NCBI RefSeq assembly: GCF_032191835.1
Contig: NC_083223.1
Span: 81,592,001-81,656,000 of the forward strand
Length of the DNA: 64,000 nucleotides
Direction: 5' to 3'
Source: Heteronotia binoei
Lineage: Eukaryota
Of the stretch, positions 13,210 through 25,431 are shown piece after piece. Numbering within the stretch: the stretch's first letter is position 1; every line of letters starts with the position of its first letter. The notes beneath the pieces were generated by a model. The model made no database searches and was not told the origin of the DNA. It saw nothing but the letters and a program-made list of their open reading frames with translations. Made by a program: the position numbers and the translations under genes.

Positions 13210-13783
13210 GTAATTCATTTAACAAGCTTATTTCATATTCGTAAAGTTGGGGGCGGGGAGTTTAAAGTAGCTGACAATGGGTTGGATCTGCTGGTGAAAA
13301 TGTATTGTGTGTGTATGTGTCCTTAGACTATCAAACTAACTATATCAGGGATGGCAAACATGCAGCCCGGGGGCCAGCTTCCAGGTGGGACCTGGGAATC
13401 CTCCAGAATTACAGCTCATACCGAGACGACAGAGATCAGCTCCCCTGGAGAAAATGAATGTTCTGGAGGATGAACTCTCTGGCATTGTACCCCACTGAGG
13501 ATTTGAATAAAAGGATCTAAGGTTCAAATCCAACATGCCTGCTATTGAGCAGTCCCAGTTCTCAGACAATCTAGTGATCAAAGTTTCCTGACCATGCACT
13601 GGCTTCTGTGCCTTCAGAAGCTTTACAGTTTCCCCCAGTTTCCCCCTGTCCATTGAGTTCTTCTGTGTTTAATATTTGAATTTCATCCATAAATAAAACA
13701 GGAAAAGAAGACTCAATTGGCTTTTAAAAATCACCAGTAATGGAAATTAGGATAAAAGTCATTGTGTGGTCTTTCCTCTCCAG

Positions 13784-14219
13784 GCATAATATGGAACAAT
13801 TACGACGGGCTGGAAAAATTGCTAATGAAATCTATCAGAAGAACCTGGAACAATTAGCCTGGGAGAAAAAACATGAAATGGAAATTGCCTTTGCTATTTC
13901 CCAAAGAGAATACCAGGAAGAAACAGACAAGCTCCTCAAAGCAGCAGACAATGATCGAGAGGCTCAGCTAGAACTGGTGGTGACTAGGGTGAATGAGAAA
14001 AACTCCGAGATCTCGTCTCTCAGCCAGAAACTGGACTTTATAACAAAATGGAAAGACAGCTTGGAAGCTGAAATATTAGAAACAAGAGAAGCGTTTCAGA
14101 AGTACATTGACATCACATTCCCTCAACTGGCCCCAGGGCAAGCAAATTTTATCTTGCCATTCAGGATTTCAACAGCATTCACAGATGGCCACGTAGACAT
14201 TGACATTCCAGGTCAATGA
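13784..14219 (+). CDS. C6orf163: C6orf163 homolog exon 5 (last)
   Basis: HNMEQLRRAGKIANE...FQKYIDITFPQLAPGQANFILPFR...DIPGQ*. Acceptor CTCTCCAG. Confidence 0.9.
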
Positions 14220-14394
14220 GTTAAAGACTCCCCAGGGATCCAGCCATTTGCTGCAAATACCCAGATTTGCTGTCAAAAGGTTCTGAAAAGCAATAAATGA
14301 GTCCATTCTCCTTCATTCCATATAAATGTGTAGATAGATGGGAGTAGTAATAGTTTATTTATTTAGATATTTTTATCTTGCTTTATCCCTAGTG

Positions 14395-14561
14395 CAGGGC
14401 CAGCCTTGGACTGTCTGGCACCCAAGGCAAGGCTAATGTCTAGTGCCCCCCCCCCGCACTGATAACATCATCGAGTCACATGGGGGTGCACAATTGAGTG
14501 TCCCCAGAAGGTCAGCGCCCTAGGCAATCGCCTAGTTTGCCTAGTGGCAGGGCTGGCCCTG
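14395..14561. mobile_element. hAT-type MITE
   Basis: TIRs CAGGGCCAGCC/GGCTGGCCCTG; 8-bp TSD CCCTAGTG/CCCCAGTG (7/8). Confidence 0.8.
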
Positions 14562-16061
14562 CCCCAGTGGCTTACAACATAATTTCCTTTTTTCCATTTT
14601 ATCCTCACAACTCTGCAAGGTAGGAGAAGTGTGAATGTGTGATAGATCCAAAGACACTCAGCACACTTCCATGGCAGAGTAGGGATTCAGACGAGTCTTC
14701 CAGATCCCAGCATAGCACCATGCTGGGTCTCTGGTAATCACTACATCATCAGCTGAGTCCTCCATGTTAATATGATAGCTACAATATTATTAGATTCAGA
14801 AGAATTGAGACCAATTGGTAGCTTTTCAGAAAACAGGGACTGCAATTCTTGGTATGTATTTTCATCTCACTTTTAGATCCGACATACAAGTTTAGCATGT
14901 TTTAGTATTGTTTAAAAATGTGCAAAACTTGTTAGACTAGTGGTCACAGCGGCACAGAAGAAATATGTGAAGCATCCAGCATCCACTTGAAGTGTCAGAT
15001 TTTGGAAAGGATGCTGTTTTCCTGTCTGCTGCTTTCTCTCTCCTCTCTCTTAAACACTTCTGTGCATCTTTAGCCTAAGGCTATTTTTATATATTGCAGA
15101 AATTACATTTCATTCTCGCTCCGCATCATTTATGCTAACATCAAACTGTAAACTCCAGTGAGAGCTTCCTGGTCAATGTAAGTATACAGATATTGAAACT
15201 AGAGCCATTTTATGCCTAATGGGTGGTTGAAAAATAATGCCCCAAGTTTAGAAAATGGCAAGACTAGATTATTCTTTATGTTTATTTATTTAATACATTT
15301 TAGCCTGCCGTTCTTCCAAGGAGGATTGCTACTTCCAGGACAGCATACATAGTTTTTTCCACTTATTCATTTTATCCTCACAACAACCCTGTTAGGTAGT
15401 TAAGGCTGAGAGGCAGTGTCCAGCTCAAAGTTTTTATTGAGTTTCATGGCAAGTGGAGATTTAAAGATTAGTACGTATGTAGCACTCTAACCACTACACC
15501 AGCCTTACTCTCAGCTATTAAACCATAGATTCCATTACTTTCTGCTGCTTGTTTTTCAATGCACACAAGTGGTAGCTCTCCAGGCTTATCACCATAGGTT
15601 CTTGGAATCCATCTTAATAATCATATACTCTTCAAGATGAGTAAAGTTAAGCACCTATAATGTGGGAACAATTCATTACAAAACTATGACTTGGATCTTA
15701 AACTCCTTTCCCCCTTGTTGGGCACTTCCATTCACAGAAGAAAAGGAGGACCATTTTTGCAAAGCCCCATCCCCACCCTGATGCCACAAAGTTGCAGGGG
15801 GATACAATGACCCACACTCACCCACCCACAAGCCTTTATTGGCATATGTCAGATAGAAACAATGACCAACTTGGGTACAATTTTGGAAGGGGTCATCAGT
15901 GGGTGGCAGGAAACTTACCATACAGCACTGGTTCACTCACACTGCAAAGGATCCCAACCCATGGAATACAACAAATTCAGTTTCACAGGCTGTATAACAA
16001 GGAGCTCAAATTTAAACCAGTAAGAAAAGGGAATACATGGTTTACCTTCTATAGGCTAGAG

Positions 16062-16196
16062 CAGGGGTGGCCAATGGTAGCTCTCCAGATTTTTTTGCCT
16101 ACAACTCCCATCAGCCCCAGCCATTGGCCATGCTAGCTGAGGCTGATGGGAGTTGTAGGCAAAAAACATCTGGAGAGCTACCGTTGGCCACCCCTG
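16062..16196. mobile_element. Palindromic hAT-type MITE
   Basis: TIRs CAGGGGTGGCCAA/TTGGCCACCCCTG, near-complete hairpin, perfect 8-bp TSD GGCTAGAG (16054-16061 and 16197-16204). Confidence 0.92.
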
Positions 16197-16429
16197 GGCT
16201 AGAGTGCTGAGGGGGTAGTATCTGACTGGAAATTGCAGAATCCATGTATAGAGATGGTGGAGATTGGGCCATGCATTTCAGAGGCCAGACCTGCAAGCTG
16301 ACCTAATAGGTGATTACAGACCATCACTTTGGGCCAACTCAGAGATACCTTAGAAATTGACCAGAAAAATCCTTCCACACACAAGCATCTGCCACCCATT
16401 CTAGTCCTGCACTCACCCTGTTCTCCGTC

Positions 16430-16575
16430 CTCCACGGTGTGGCTCAAAAAGCTATCTTCCTCTGCACTGTGACCCTGGAATTCCTTGGCGGTCTCCCCTC
16501 CAAAATACTGACCAGAACTGACTTTGCTTAGTTTTCATAATCAGATTGGGCTAGCCTGGCCCATCCAGGTCTGTG
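16430..16575 (-). mobile_element. 5S rRNA-derived SINE head
   Basis: Reverse strand reads CTAAGCAAAGTCAGTTCTGGTCAGTATTTTGGAGGGGAGACCGCCAAGGAATTCCAGGG, similar to the 5S internal control region. Confidence 0.6.
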
Positions 16576-18444
16576 CCTTCCCCCCTCATCTCACTATTTC
16601 AGATTTTAAAAACCCCTTTCTGGCTAATAAACAGAATAATAATTGCTCCAGCTGGTGGACAATATCAATAGTGCAGTAAACCAGTAATTTGTGTTTCCTC
16701 TCTCTCTACCCCCCCCCCCCTTGGGGATTCTGGCAAATCCTTTTCTCTAAACATTACTTTTGTTACTATTATTCAGTCATTAAATGGAGCGGTAGGGCAG
16801 CCAAATGGAAATTTTTGAAAGCAAGGATCATGTGTGATAAGCATCCCTTTCACAACATGCAATATGGTAACCTGTTGGGCTCTGTGCTGCTGCTAGACCT
16901 TTGTTTCCAAACAACACAGCTTGAAGGTTTAATTATCCACAGGGTTTTAGGACTTTCTGACATGATCACTTAGACATTACACCCTGAGAAATCTCATGAG
17001 GCTTCTAAATGTACATAACTTAAGCAATGGAAAAATTACTGTAGGAAAACCCTTGTGTACAATCTGCTTTTATCAGAAGTGTCAGTGCTGCCTGCGACAC
17101 TGCTATTTTTTAAATCCCACTGAGGGTTGCAGTGGAGGCAATTTTCAAGCAGTTGCAATGAGCAAGCAGAGAACTCTTACATGGTGAGGTGGATCAATTT
17201 TGTAAAAAAAAAAAATCAACCAGAAAATCCAAGCAAAAAATGAGAAGGCGGGAACTCATTCCCAGCCACCCCCCCCAAGCCAAACTTTTAGGAGCCAACC
17301 CATCCTTTGAAGCCAGAGCACCTTGGTGGCTTCTGCACCCTGTTATCTCCAACCCTCCCCCCCATGGCTCCTACTGTTGTAAGTGCTTAGCAACAGCCAC
17401 AGAGGACATTTGTTTCTTAAAGCTACAGGTGCTGCTTTGTGTGTGTGTGTGGGGGGGGGTGGAGCAGACACCCCAGTGTTTCTTTTTTTAAAAAATAAAT
17501 TCAGCATTTCTATAAACCTTGTCAAGTTTATAGAACTTCTGTAAAAAGATCTGTGTATTCTGTTCATGTCTCTAGTCTCTGGATTTAAGTGTCCACAGAT
17601 TTGGCCATATTGAGACTATGATAATAACAGAATGGTTCATAAAGATACTTTTTATAATAAATGAGACTGGGAAGTGGGAACCAAACCCTTGGGCATAGTA
17701 TGCATTATCTTTTTATATGTTATCCCGCTCCCACCACATTGTCTTACATAGTACCATGCTTGCACTGTTAACATATTACGTTTAAAACTTCATTTTCTTC
17801 AAATTCCTGTAATCCTAGCCTGATTTTATTAAATGTCACATGCTATTTATCACATTAATTTAAACTGTGTGACATGCCTTGAACCTCAGTGACAAAGGCA
17901 TACTATAAGGTAAACAAATAATCAGTAAAATGAGAGATTCTGAGACTTCTTTATCAATTAAAAAAAATTATGCTATCTTGCCACCCAATTCAGGGTCCCC
18001 AAACCAATGAACATTAAAATATTTCAGACATTCAAAACCATTTAAAATATATACATACATATGTACATATGAGCATGTGAAAGAGATATCCTCTATAACA
18101 GGGGTGGCCATACTGTGGCTTGGGAGCCACATGTGGATCTTTCAGACGCATTGTGTGGCTCCTGGAGGTCAAGCAGAAACTTAATGCAGGCTTAGTCTCA
18201 AGTTAGTGTACTTAGCATTGGGACCACAGTCAACCTCTGAGCACTGAGCCATACTTAGGTGAATATTTCCACCGTGTGTGAATTGGGGAAGGAAATGAGC
18301 CACCCCTGATGATCCTGCATTGAGCAGGGTATTGGACTAGTTTCACTGCATCATGCAGTAAACTGGATGTCAAGCTGAACAGCCCTCACTGTAGTACAAG
18401 GCATCATGACAGGGCCACACAGTTCAGTAATGCAAACCTTGTTC

Positions 18445-18715
18445 AATTCCGCAAGGCCTGCAAGACCGCTCTCTTCCGATTGACTTTTAATTGATGCGGA
18501 ATCTACGTTGTGGGAAACTGGAGAAATGCCGTCGCCACTGAACATATACAATGTATAATGAGATTAGTACCAAACAAATTTTTGATTATTTTTAAATGGT
18601 TAAATCTGTAATTTTATAATATACGGTATATTGTTTTTATTGTTGCTGTGATTTTATTCTGTGAGCCGCCCTGAGCCTGCTTCGGCGGGGAGGGATATAA
18701 ATAAAATAAAAAATA
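18445..18715 (+). mobile_element. L2-type LINE 3' end
   Basis: FRKACKTALF-like terminal coding remnant and 3' tail GTGAGCCGCCCTGAGCC...GGGATATAAATAAAATAAA. Confidence 0.6.
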
Positions 18716-20062
18716 ATGGCCATATTAGATCAGCCACTGCATCATCCAGCAAACTGAAAGTCAAGCTTAGTGCTACAAACCAGCATAGTAGGGCCACACA
18801 ATTCAGTGATGTAAACAGTGGGCATTATTAGATCACCCATTCCATCATCCAGCAAACTGGAAGTCAAGCTGAGCAGCCCCTCACTGTGCCACAAGCCAGC
18901 ATGATAGGGCCACACCGTTCAGTGATGCAAACAGTGGACATTATTATATCACCCACTTCAGGGCAGACCAAACTGTGGCTCAGGCGCCACATGCAGCACC
19001 TTCACACATATTGTGTGGCTCCCAGAGGTTGAGGAACTTAATGCAGGCTTTCTCTCAAGTAAGCATACTTAGTATCAAGACCTCAGTCACCCTCCTAGGT
19101 CTGACCCATAGGTAGGTTACTATTTCTGCTGTGTGTTAAGTGGGGAAGTGGGGGAAATAGGCAGGCTTGCAAGCTCTTCTTCTGTACTGCAGAGGTCACA
19201 CAGAGACCTAGAGTGGGGAAAGAGAGTACAAGAGCTGAGGGAGCCACTGGAAGGAGGGGCAAGAAGTAAAGAGTGTGGCACAGGGTTCCTCCTTAGTTTT
19301 ATAGCTCTTGTAGGAGCTGGATGTACTAACCTTGGTGTCAAGGCAAAGAGAGATGCATAATGATGCAAATGGTGGTCAGTTATTTTTGTGGTACGTGTGT
19401 TTCCTTCTTCCACTGGTGACAAAAAATAATTCCCTAACCTTTCCCCATGCTGGTCTTATGGGGACTATTCCCAACTTTTGTTTTTGAAAGTCTCCTTCTA
19501 GTAGGCTTCCCAATCCCCAGGTCCCAGAGGGGGATCCCCCGGTTTTACAGGCTTCCCCCCTCCCCCAGCCAGCTGGCCGGAGGGGGAAGCCCTGCCCCCA
19601 CAACCATCATGCACCTCCATGAACAATTCCCATAGGGAATTATGGGGAATTGATGCGCGGGTATCAGGGGCTCTGAGGGGGCTGTTTTTTGAGATAGAGG
19701 CACCAAATCTTCAGTATAGCATCTAGTGCCTCTCCCCAAAATACCTCCCAAATTTCAAAATGATTGGACCAGGGGGTCCAATTCTATGAACCCCAAAAGA
19801 AGGTGCCCCTATCCATTATTTCCTATGGAAGGAAGGCATTTAAAAAGATGTGCAGTCCCTTTAAATGTGATGGCCAGAACTCCCTTGAAGTTCAATTATG
19901 CTTGTCACACCCTTGCTTTTGGCTCCACCCCAATGTCTCCTGGCTCCACCCCCAAAGTCTCCTGGCTCCACCCCCAAACTCCCCAGATATTTCTTGAATT
20001 GGACTTGGCAACCCTACCTTCTAGCCTGGTCATGTTGTACTTTTTAAACTGCAAATGCAATT

Positions 20063-20672
20063 TTGGGCTTTATCAACAGAAGCATAGTGTCCAGATCACA
20101 TGAAGTGATGGTATCACTTTACTCTGCTCTGGTAAGACCTCACTTGGAGTATTGTGTACAGTTTTGGGCACCACATTTTAAGAAGGATATAGACAAGCTG
20201 GAACAGGTCCAGAGGAGGGCGACAAAGATGGTGAGGGGTCTGGAGACCAAGTCCTATGAAGAAAGGTTGAAGGAGCTGGGCATGTTTAGCCTGGAGAGGA
20301 GGTGGCTTAGAGGTGATATGATCACCATTTTCAAGTACTTGAAGGGCTGTCATATAGATGATGGGGTGGAATTGTTTTCTGTGGCCCCAGAAGGTAGGAC
20401 TAGAACCATTGGGTTGAAATTAAATCAAAAGAGTTTCCGGCTCAACATTAGGACAAACTTCCTGACCGTTAGAACAGTTCCTCAGTGAAACAGGCTTCCT
20501 CAGGAGGTGGTGGGCTTTCCTTCCTTGGAAGTTTTTAAACAAGAGGCTATATGGCCACCTGACAGCAATGAGGATCCTGTGAATTTAGGGGGCAGTATTT
20601 GTGAATTTCCTGCATTGTGCAGGGGCTTGGACTAGATGACCCTAGAGGTCCCTTCCAACTCTATGATTCTAT
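20063..20672 (+). mobile_element. CR1 LINE 3' fragment
   Basis: [42 protein letters not shown] (CR1 ORF2 C-terminus); 3' end TTCCAACTCTATGATTCTATG. Confidence 0.95.
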
Positions 20673-21639
20673 GTTGTCAACTGCATACTTATGTATTTTA
20701 TCTTTCTGGGCAAAGAAAGTATTAAGAGTTTTAAGAAAAACATGTGTAATATTTGTTCATGTCTTGTAGCTCTCAAACAGCCACCATTTACTCTATGTGG
20801 CTCTTATGTTAAGTAAGTTTGGCCACTCCTGCTCTATAATAAAAACACTGTGGGGTGGTCACTGGCTGAAGGATGTGCATCATCTCTTGGCCCATCAACT
20901 GCCACTCAAGGTCTGTTTCATTCCATTGGCTGAGGATTGAGGCACTGCTTTGCAGAAGAGAGAAAGAAAGTCTTCCGTAGATTTGCTGACGGAGGGGGGA
21001 GGGACTGCCACAGAAAGCGTTCCCTCAATTGACGGAGGGAGGAGGAGGGAAACAGCTACAGAAAGCCTTCCTACAATGGGCTGAGGGCTCCTTCCCTTCC
21101 TCCTTTGGGGAACCAAACAGCCAGAAAGACACAGCCAAAAAAATGGCATCCCTCCCCTGCAGAACAATGTTTTTTTTTATTCTAGATTGTGATGGAACGG
21201 CCCTGGTTTGCCTACCAGATCCCGTTCCCCTTTTTGGAGGGAGCTATTTCTCCTCCGGCCACTTGGGCTCACTGCCACCACTTGCTCAGTCTAGGGGTTT
21301 GGATTGAGAGGAACAGGACTCCCAATCCCCCTCTCCAGCTCTGAGGCCAGGCCTCAAGGTCCTCTGCCACCCTGTACTTGGGTATCACAGAGACCTAGGG
21401 TTCCCAAGTCCAACCCCAGAAATATCTGGGGACTTTGGGGGTGGAGCCAGGAGACTTTGGGGGTGGAGCCAGGAGACACTGGGGTGGAGCTAGGGGGGAG
21501 GGGGGGAAACGGCCCTTAATTTGCGTATTAACCTTTTATGTTACCAGTTCTCAACGCCCGTGGGATCCGAGGCAACTTTCAGCAAGCCCTTTTCCCCTAA
21601 AGCAGCGCTGCAGCTTCAAAAACCCGCCCCAAAGCCCTC

Positions 21640-21899
21640 TTTCACTTTCCCTCCAGCCCTGAAGAACTACAACTCCCAACAGCCCGCACGTCGAAAGCGC
21701 CCATAGGAAAAAGTAGGTGTTCCTTCCCTGCGCTTCCTGCCCGGGCAAATCTCTTTTTGCTAGTTCGCGCCCTGGTTGGAACTTTGGAGTTTCTTTCGCT
21801 TAGCGGGCGATCTCTTGCTGGAAAGCCTTTCCCAAAGGAGGGAAGGAACGGCTGCCTCCCGGTGTGAATGCAAGTGGGATTTCTCTTTTGGGCCGGGAA
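21640..21899 (+). promoter_or_regulatory. CpG-island promoter-like region upstream of the UBZ4 frame
   Basis: CpG-rich from about 21.55 to 22.45 kb. ACTACAACTCCCA at 21666-21678 matches the ZNF143/THAP11-associated ACTACAnnTCCCA promoter motif. GC box CCCGCCCC near 21623. Confidence 0.6.
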
Positions 21900-22541
21900 A
21901 TGGAAGGGGCGGCGGCTTGCAAAGACCCCCTCGTGAGTTGCCCCGTTTGTTCCTGCGTGCTCCCGGCCCCGAGCATTAACTTGCATCTGGACAGATGTTT
22001 GCAGCGGAAAGGGGGCGGCGAGAGAAGTGGGGGAAACAGCGGCTGTCCGACGGGCCCGCAGTAGCCCTGCAAGAAGAAAATGCGCCTTTCCGCGTCCCTG
22101 GAGGGCAGCAACTGAGAGGACGAGCCGGTCAAGAGTCTCAGCCCCCCGCCGCTGTTTTCCCTCTTCCAGAAGGGCAGAGGCTTCGGAGCAAGAGCGCCTC
22201 CTGCTGCTGCTGCCGTCTCTCCAGCCCGGGCCCAGAGGGAAGAGAAGCCGTCAGGGGAGGAGGAGCCTGGCATCAGCCCTAATGCCCAGGGACCTGAACT
22301 GAGCGGCGAGCCTCCCCGGCAGCCCCCGACGCCGCCAGCAGCAGCAGGAGGACGCCGCTTCTCCCCCCGCTTCCGTTTTTTGGGGGGGCGGGGGAAGAGG
22401 CTCGGAAACCTGGCGTCCCCCGCTAGAGCGGGAGGATTGGGACCCCTACAGAGACCACAGCACTTCTTCGGGGAACCCCTGGAGGATTGGCACCTTATCC
22501 AACTACATGCCTTCCCCCTTTCCTCGGGGCCCCCTTCATAA
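21900..22541 (+). pseudogene. Disrupted UBZ4 zinc-finger frame resembling the WRNIP1 N-terminus
   Basis: ATG 21900: MEGAAACKDPLVSCPVCSCVLPAPSINLHLDRCL (CPVC-x11-HLDRC). In-frame stops TAG 22062 and TGA 22113; the frame then stays open to TAA 22539-22541. No AAA+ ATPase exons recognised downstream. Confidence 0.7.
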
Positions 22542-22970
22542 AGCATCGTGGTCTAAAGCAGTTGGGGATCTATGTGGTACAAAGTCTGACTGCCAGCATT
22601 CAAAACAGTAAAAATATTTAATTAGAAGAGAAAAAGAAAAGAAAAAAACAAAAGCAGTTGCATGTAAAAGTTTAGCACAGCACCCGAACAGCAACCAGAA
22701 GGACAAATAAAAGGTGGATTTAAACGCATCCTGCCGTCCCTGGTCTAAACTTGCCCTGCCTTGTGGATGACTTCCTCGTTCTGACTGCCTGGAGTCCATT
22801 CCTCCTCTCCCTCAGGAGAAGGCCTCTCCCACAGTCAGGAGCCCACAGACTGACAACCTCTCTCCTTGAGTGCCAGTCAAGAACTGACTTTTTCCCGCCT
22901 CACTCCAATAATAAAAAAAGAACTTCCTGCCCCTCTAGGAGGCTTTCCCCCTAGAGTTGATGGTTTAACT

Positions 22971-23182
22971 CTGGAAGGGAGGAGGGAGTGAAGGGAAGGC
23001 TAGGCCACAAAGCCTGCCTTAGCAGTTTCATGTTGTCTCCCAACCAAGCACCACCATTAACTAAGATGGCGTTTCTCCACATAGATAAAGAGGGGGGGGG
23101 GGAGAGAACATGGTGTCATGTGTTTAAGATTGGATCACTGGGTAAACTGCCTTCACTTTCCCCTCAGTGCCTGTGGCTAGCC
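22971..23182 (+). repeat. About 210-bp near-identical direct repeat, copy 1
   Basis: CTGGAAGGGAGGAGGGAGTG...CCTGTGGCTAGCC, repeated at 24218-24430. Confidence 0.92.
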
Positions 23183-24217
23183 AACCAACTTGGTTCTGTC
23201 AGTGAAAGGTGGGGGGGAGGCCCTTTCAAGGCCTATTTTAGCCTTTGAGCAAAAACTCATTGGGGCCCCTCCTGTCTACAGCTGCCAGCTCCAGGTTGGA
23301 AAATTCCTGGAGATTTTGTGGTGGAGTCTGCGGAAGTCACACTTTGTAGCGGGGAGAGGCCCCGGCTAGGGATCTCCAAAGCAGTTATTTTCTCCAGGAT
23401 GGGGAGAGAGATCTGTTGTCTGGAGTTCAGCTGTGATAATAGGAGCTCTTCAGCTTCCACCTGGAGGTTTCCTACTCTAGGTCTGGCAGCACCCTCTGGG
23501 TGACTTCATGTCATCTGACTGGCATGACTTAATTAGGCCTGGTTGCTTGCTCCTGTTCAGCAGCAGTCCCACTATGACAGCCACTGTGATGTTACAGTGC
23601 TTCAGAACAGGGTCTGCCAGACCCAGATTCCTACTGTGGATGTTGACTGGGTGATTTTGGACCACCACATACTTTCATCCTAATCTACCTCACAGGGTTG
23701 TTATGTAAATCAAAAGGGGGAGAGGGAAATGATGTAGGCTGCTTTGGTCTCCGCTGCGGAGAAAGACTGTCCTTTTCCTAGGTGGAGGCTGCAGGGAAGT
23801 CGGGGGGGGGGGCAGATAAAAGTAGGTTGATGATTACAGCTGCCTTCTCAACATACCTTACTTCTCTCTATCTTTCCCTTCCCTCCCCAGCACCACCACC
23901 CCAAGCCCATGACACTCACTCACGACAAATTTCTAGCACCTGTTGTATTTCTCTCAATGGGCATTATTACCAGTTTTAAAAAATTAACTAAAACATAATA
24001 TAAACACAAAAACTAGACAGAAAGGGAGGAGGATAATGAGAGTTAGTGAGGGAATACCAGCCCCTTTAACCCTAAAAGGTCTTCACCTGCTGGCAGAAAA
24101 CAATGATCAAGGGAGACAGATGGATCAAGGCTGAGTTAGTGTGAGGTAGCTCACAGTTTTTTAGTCTCTGGCTCACAAATTTTTCTCTCAGCTCAGGAAA
24201 AATAGTCCTAGAGCAAG

Positions 24218-24430
24218 CTGGAAGGGAGGAGGGAGTGAAGGGAAAGCTAGGCCACAAAGCCTGCCTTAGCAGTTTCATGTTGTCTCCCAACCAAGCACCA
24301 CCATTAACTAAGATGGCGTTTCTCCACATAGATAAAGAGGGGGGGGGGAGAGAGAACATGGTGTCATGTGTTTAAGATTGGATCACTGGGTAAACTGCCT
24401 TCACTTTCCCCTCAGTGCCTGTGGCTAGCC
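24218..24430 (+). repeat. About 210-bp near-identical direct repeat, copy 2, within a MITE-like context
   Basis: Matches 22971-23182 apart from a few substitutions and G-run length. Flanked by GTAGCTCACA-containing MITE-like arms (about 24130-24520). Confidence 0.92.
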
Positions 24431-24559
24431 TGTGGCTATGCAGTAGCTCACAACTTTAATGCCAGTAGCTCATGAGGTAGAATTTTTTCTCAGAAGACTC
24501 CACAGCTTAGATGGAACATCGATCCTTACTCCTGTTGCCACCTATCTAGCCTCAGATGG

Positions 24560-24880
24560 AGGGGGCACCCAAAGCAGGACTTCCAAGATGACCACAATAG
24601 TTGAATGGGTTCATACAGGAGTACATGGTCCTTAAGGTATGCTGGCCTCTTCAAGTGGGTTCAGAAGCAAATCAGGAGCCGCTTCAGATGGAGCAAGACT
24701 GGAGAGATATGGTTCCCAGAGCCCACTGCAGTCAACATTCTGTGCCAACTGTTGCTTCCAGACAGTCTTTAACAGCAGCCCCAAACAGAGCATGCCACAG
24801 TAATCTAACCTAGATGTTTCTGGGTAACATGCAGGATGCACCATAGTAGCAAAATCGTTCCTGCACCAGAAGAGTCAATG
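24560..24880 (-). mobile_element. Old L2-type LINE RT C-terminal fragment
   Basis: Translation TSRLDYCGMLCLGLLLKTVWKQQLAQN resembles the L2 SRLDYCN..GLP....KLQLVQN motif. Confidence 0.7.
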
Positions 24881-25015
24881 CTAGTAAAAGGTGCCCCCAG
24901 GCTGCGAACCTTGGAAGTTATCCTCTTTGTTGTAAACTAGTTTATTGGGAAAAGATGCTACTTCATTCTTTATATCACTGTTTAGTTGGATATTTTCCTC
25001 AAGATGCAGATATGC

Positions 25016-25151
25016 CAGGGGTGGCCAACGGTAGCTCTCCAGATGTTTTTTGCCTACAACTCCCATCAGCCCCAGCCAGCATGGCCAATGGCTGGGGCTG
25101 ATGGGAGTTGTAGGCAAAACACATCTGGAGAGCTACCGCTGGCCACCCCTG
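25016..25151. mobile_element. Palindromic hAT-type MITE (same family as 16062-16196)
   Basis: TIRs CAGGGGTGGCCA/TGGCCACCCCTG; imperfect flanking duplication GATATGC/AATATGC. Confidence 0.88.
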
Positions 25152-25431
25152 AATATGCGAAGGTTGATTGTGATGATTACCCATGTGAAGGAGAGGTACC
25201 CGGCTGCACCTTTCAAGGGGCTCTTTCACTTGAGGTTCGAAGCAGTCTCCTGGACTATACAACCCTGTCTCACGAAGTGTTAACCTATCCCCAGAAATCT
25301 GCCCCCCCCCATCTTTTCTTCAACGTTTAAGTTATGTATGGTAAGTTTGTAAGTATTTGACTTGTAGACCACTATATATTAAGTCATGCCTTGTGAGAAC
25401 CTCCAACAGCATATGTTTCATATATGAACCT

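Noticed and set aside
21430-21510. G-rich tandem GGGGGTGGAGCCAGGAGAC (G-quadruplex-like)
   Set aside because: The same repeat occurs inverted at 19918-19985 inside a dispersed MITE-like family, so it is repeat-internal.
21800-22546. 248-aa minus-strand ORF across the CpG island
   Set aside because: Stop-poor GC-rich sequence antisense to the UBZ4 frame; no recognisable motif.
22470-22570. GEPLED and SKAVG resembling WRNIP1 GKPLAD...SKAVG
   Set aside because: The matches are short, in different frames and wrongly spaced; not counted as evidence for the ATPase region.
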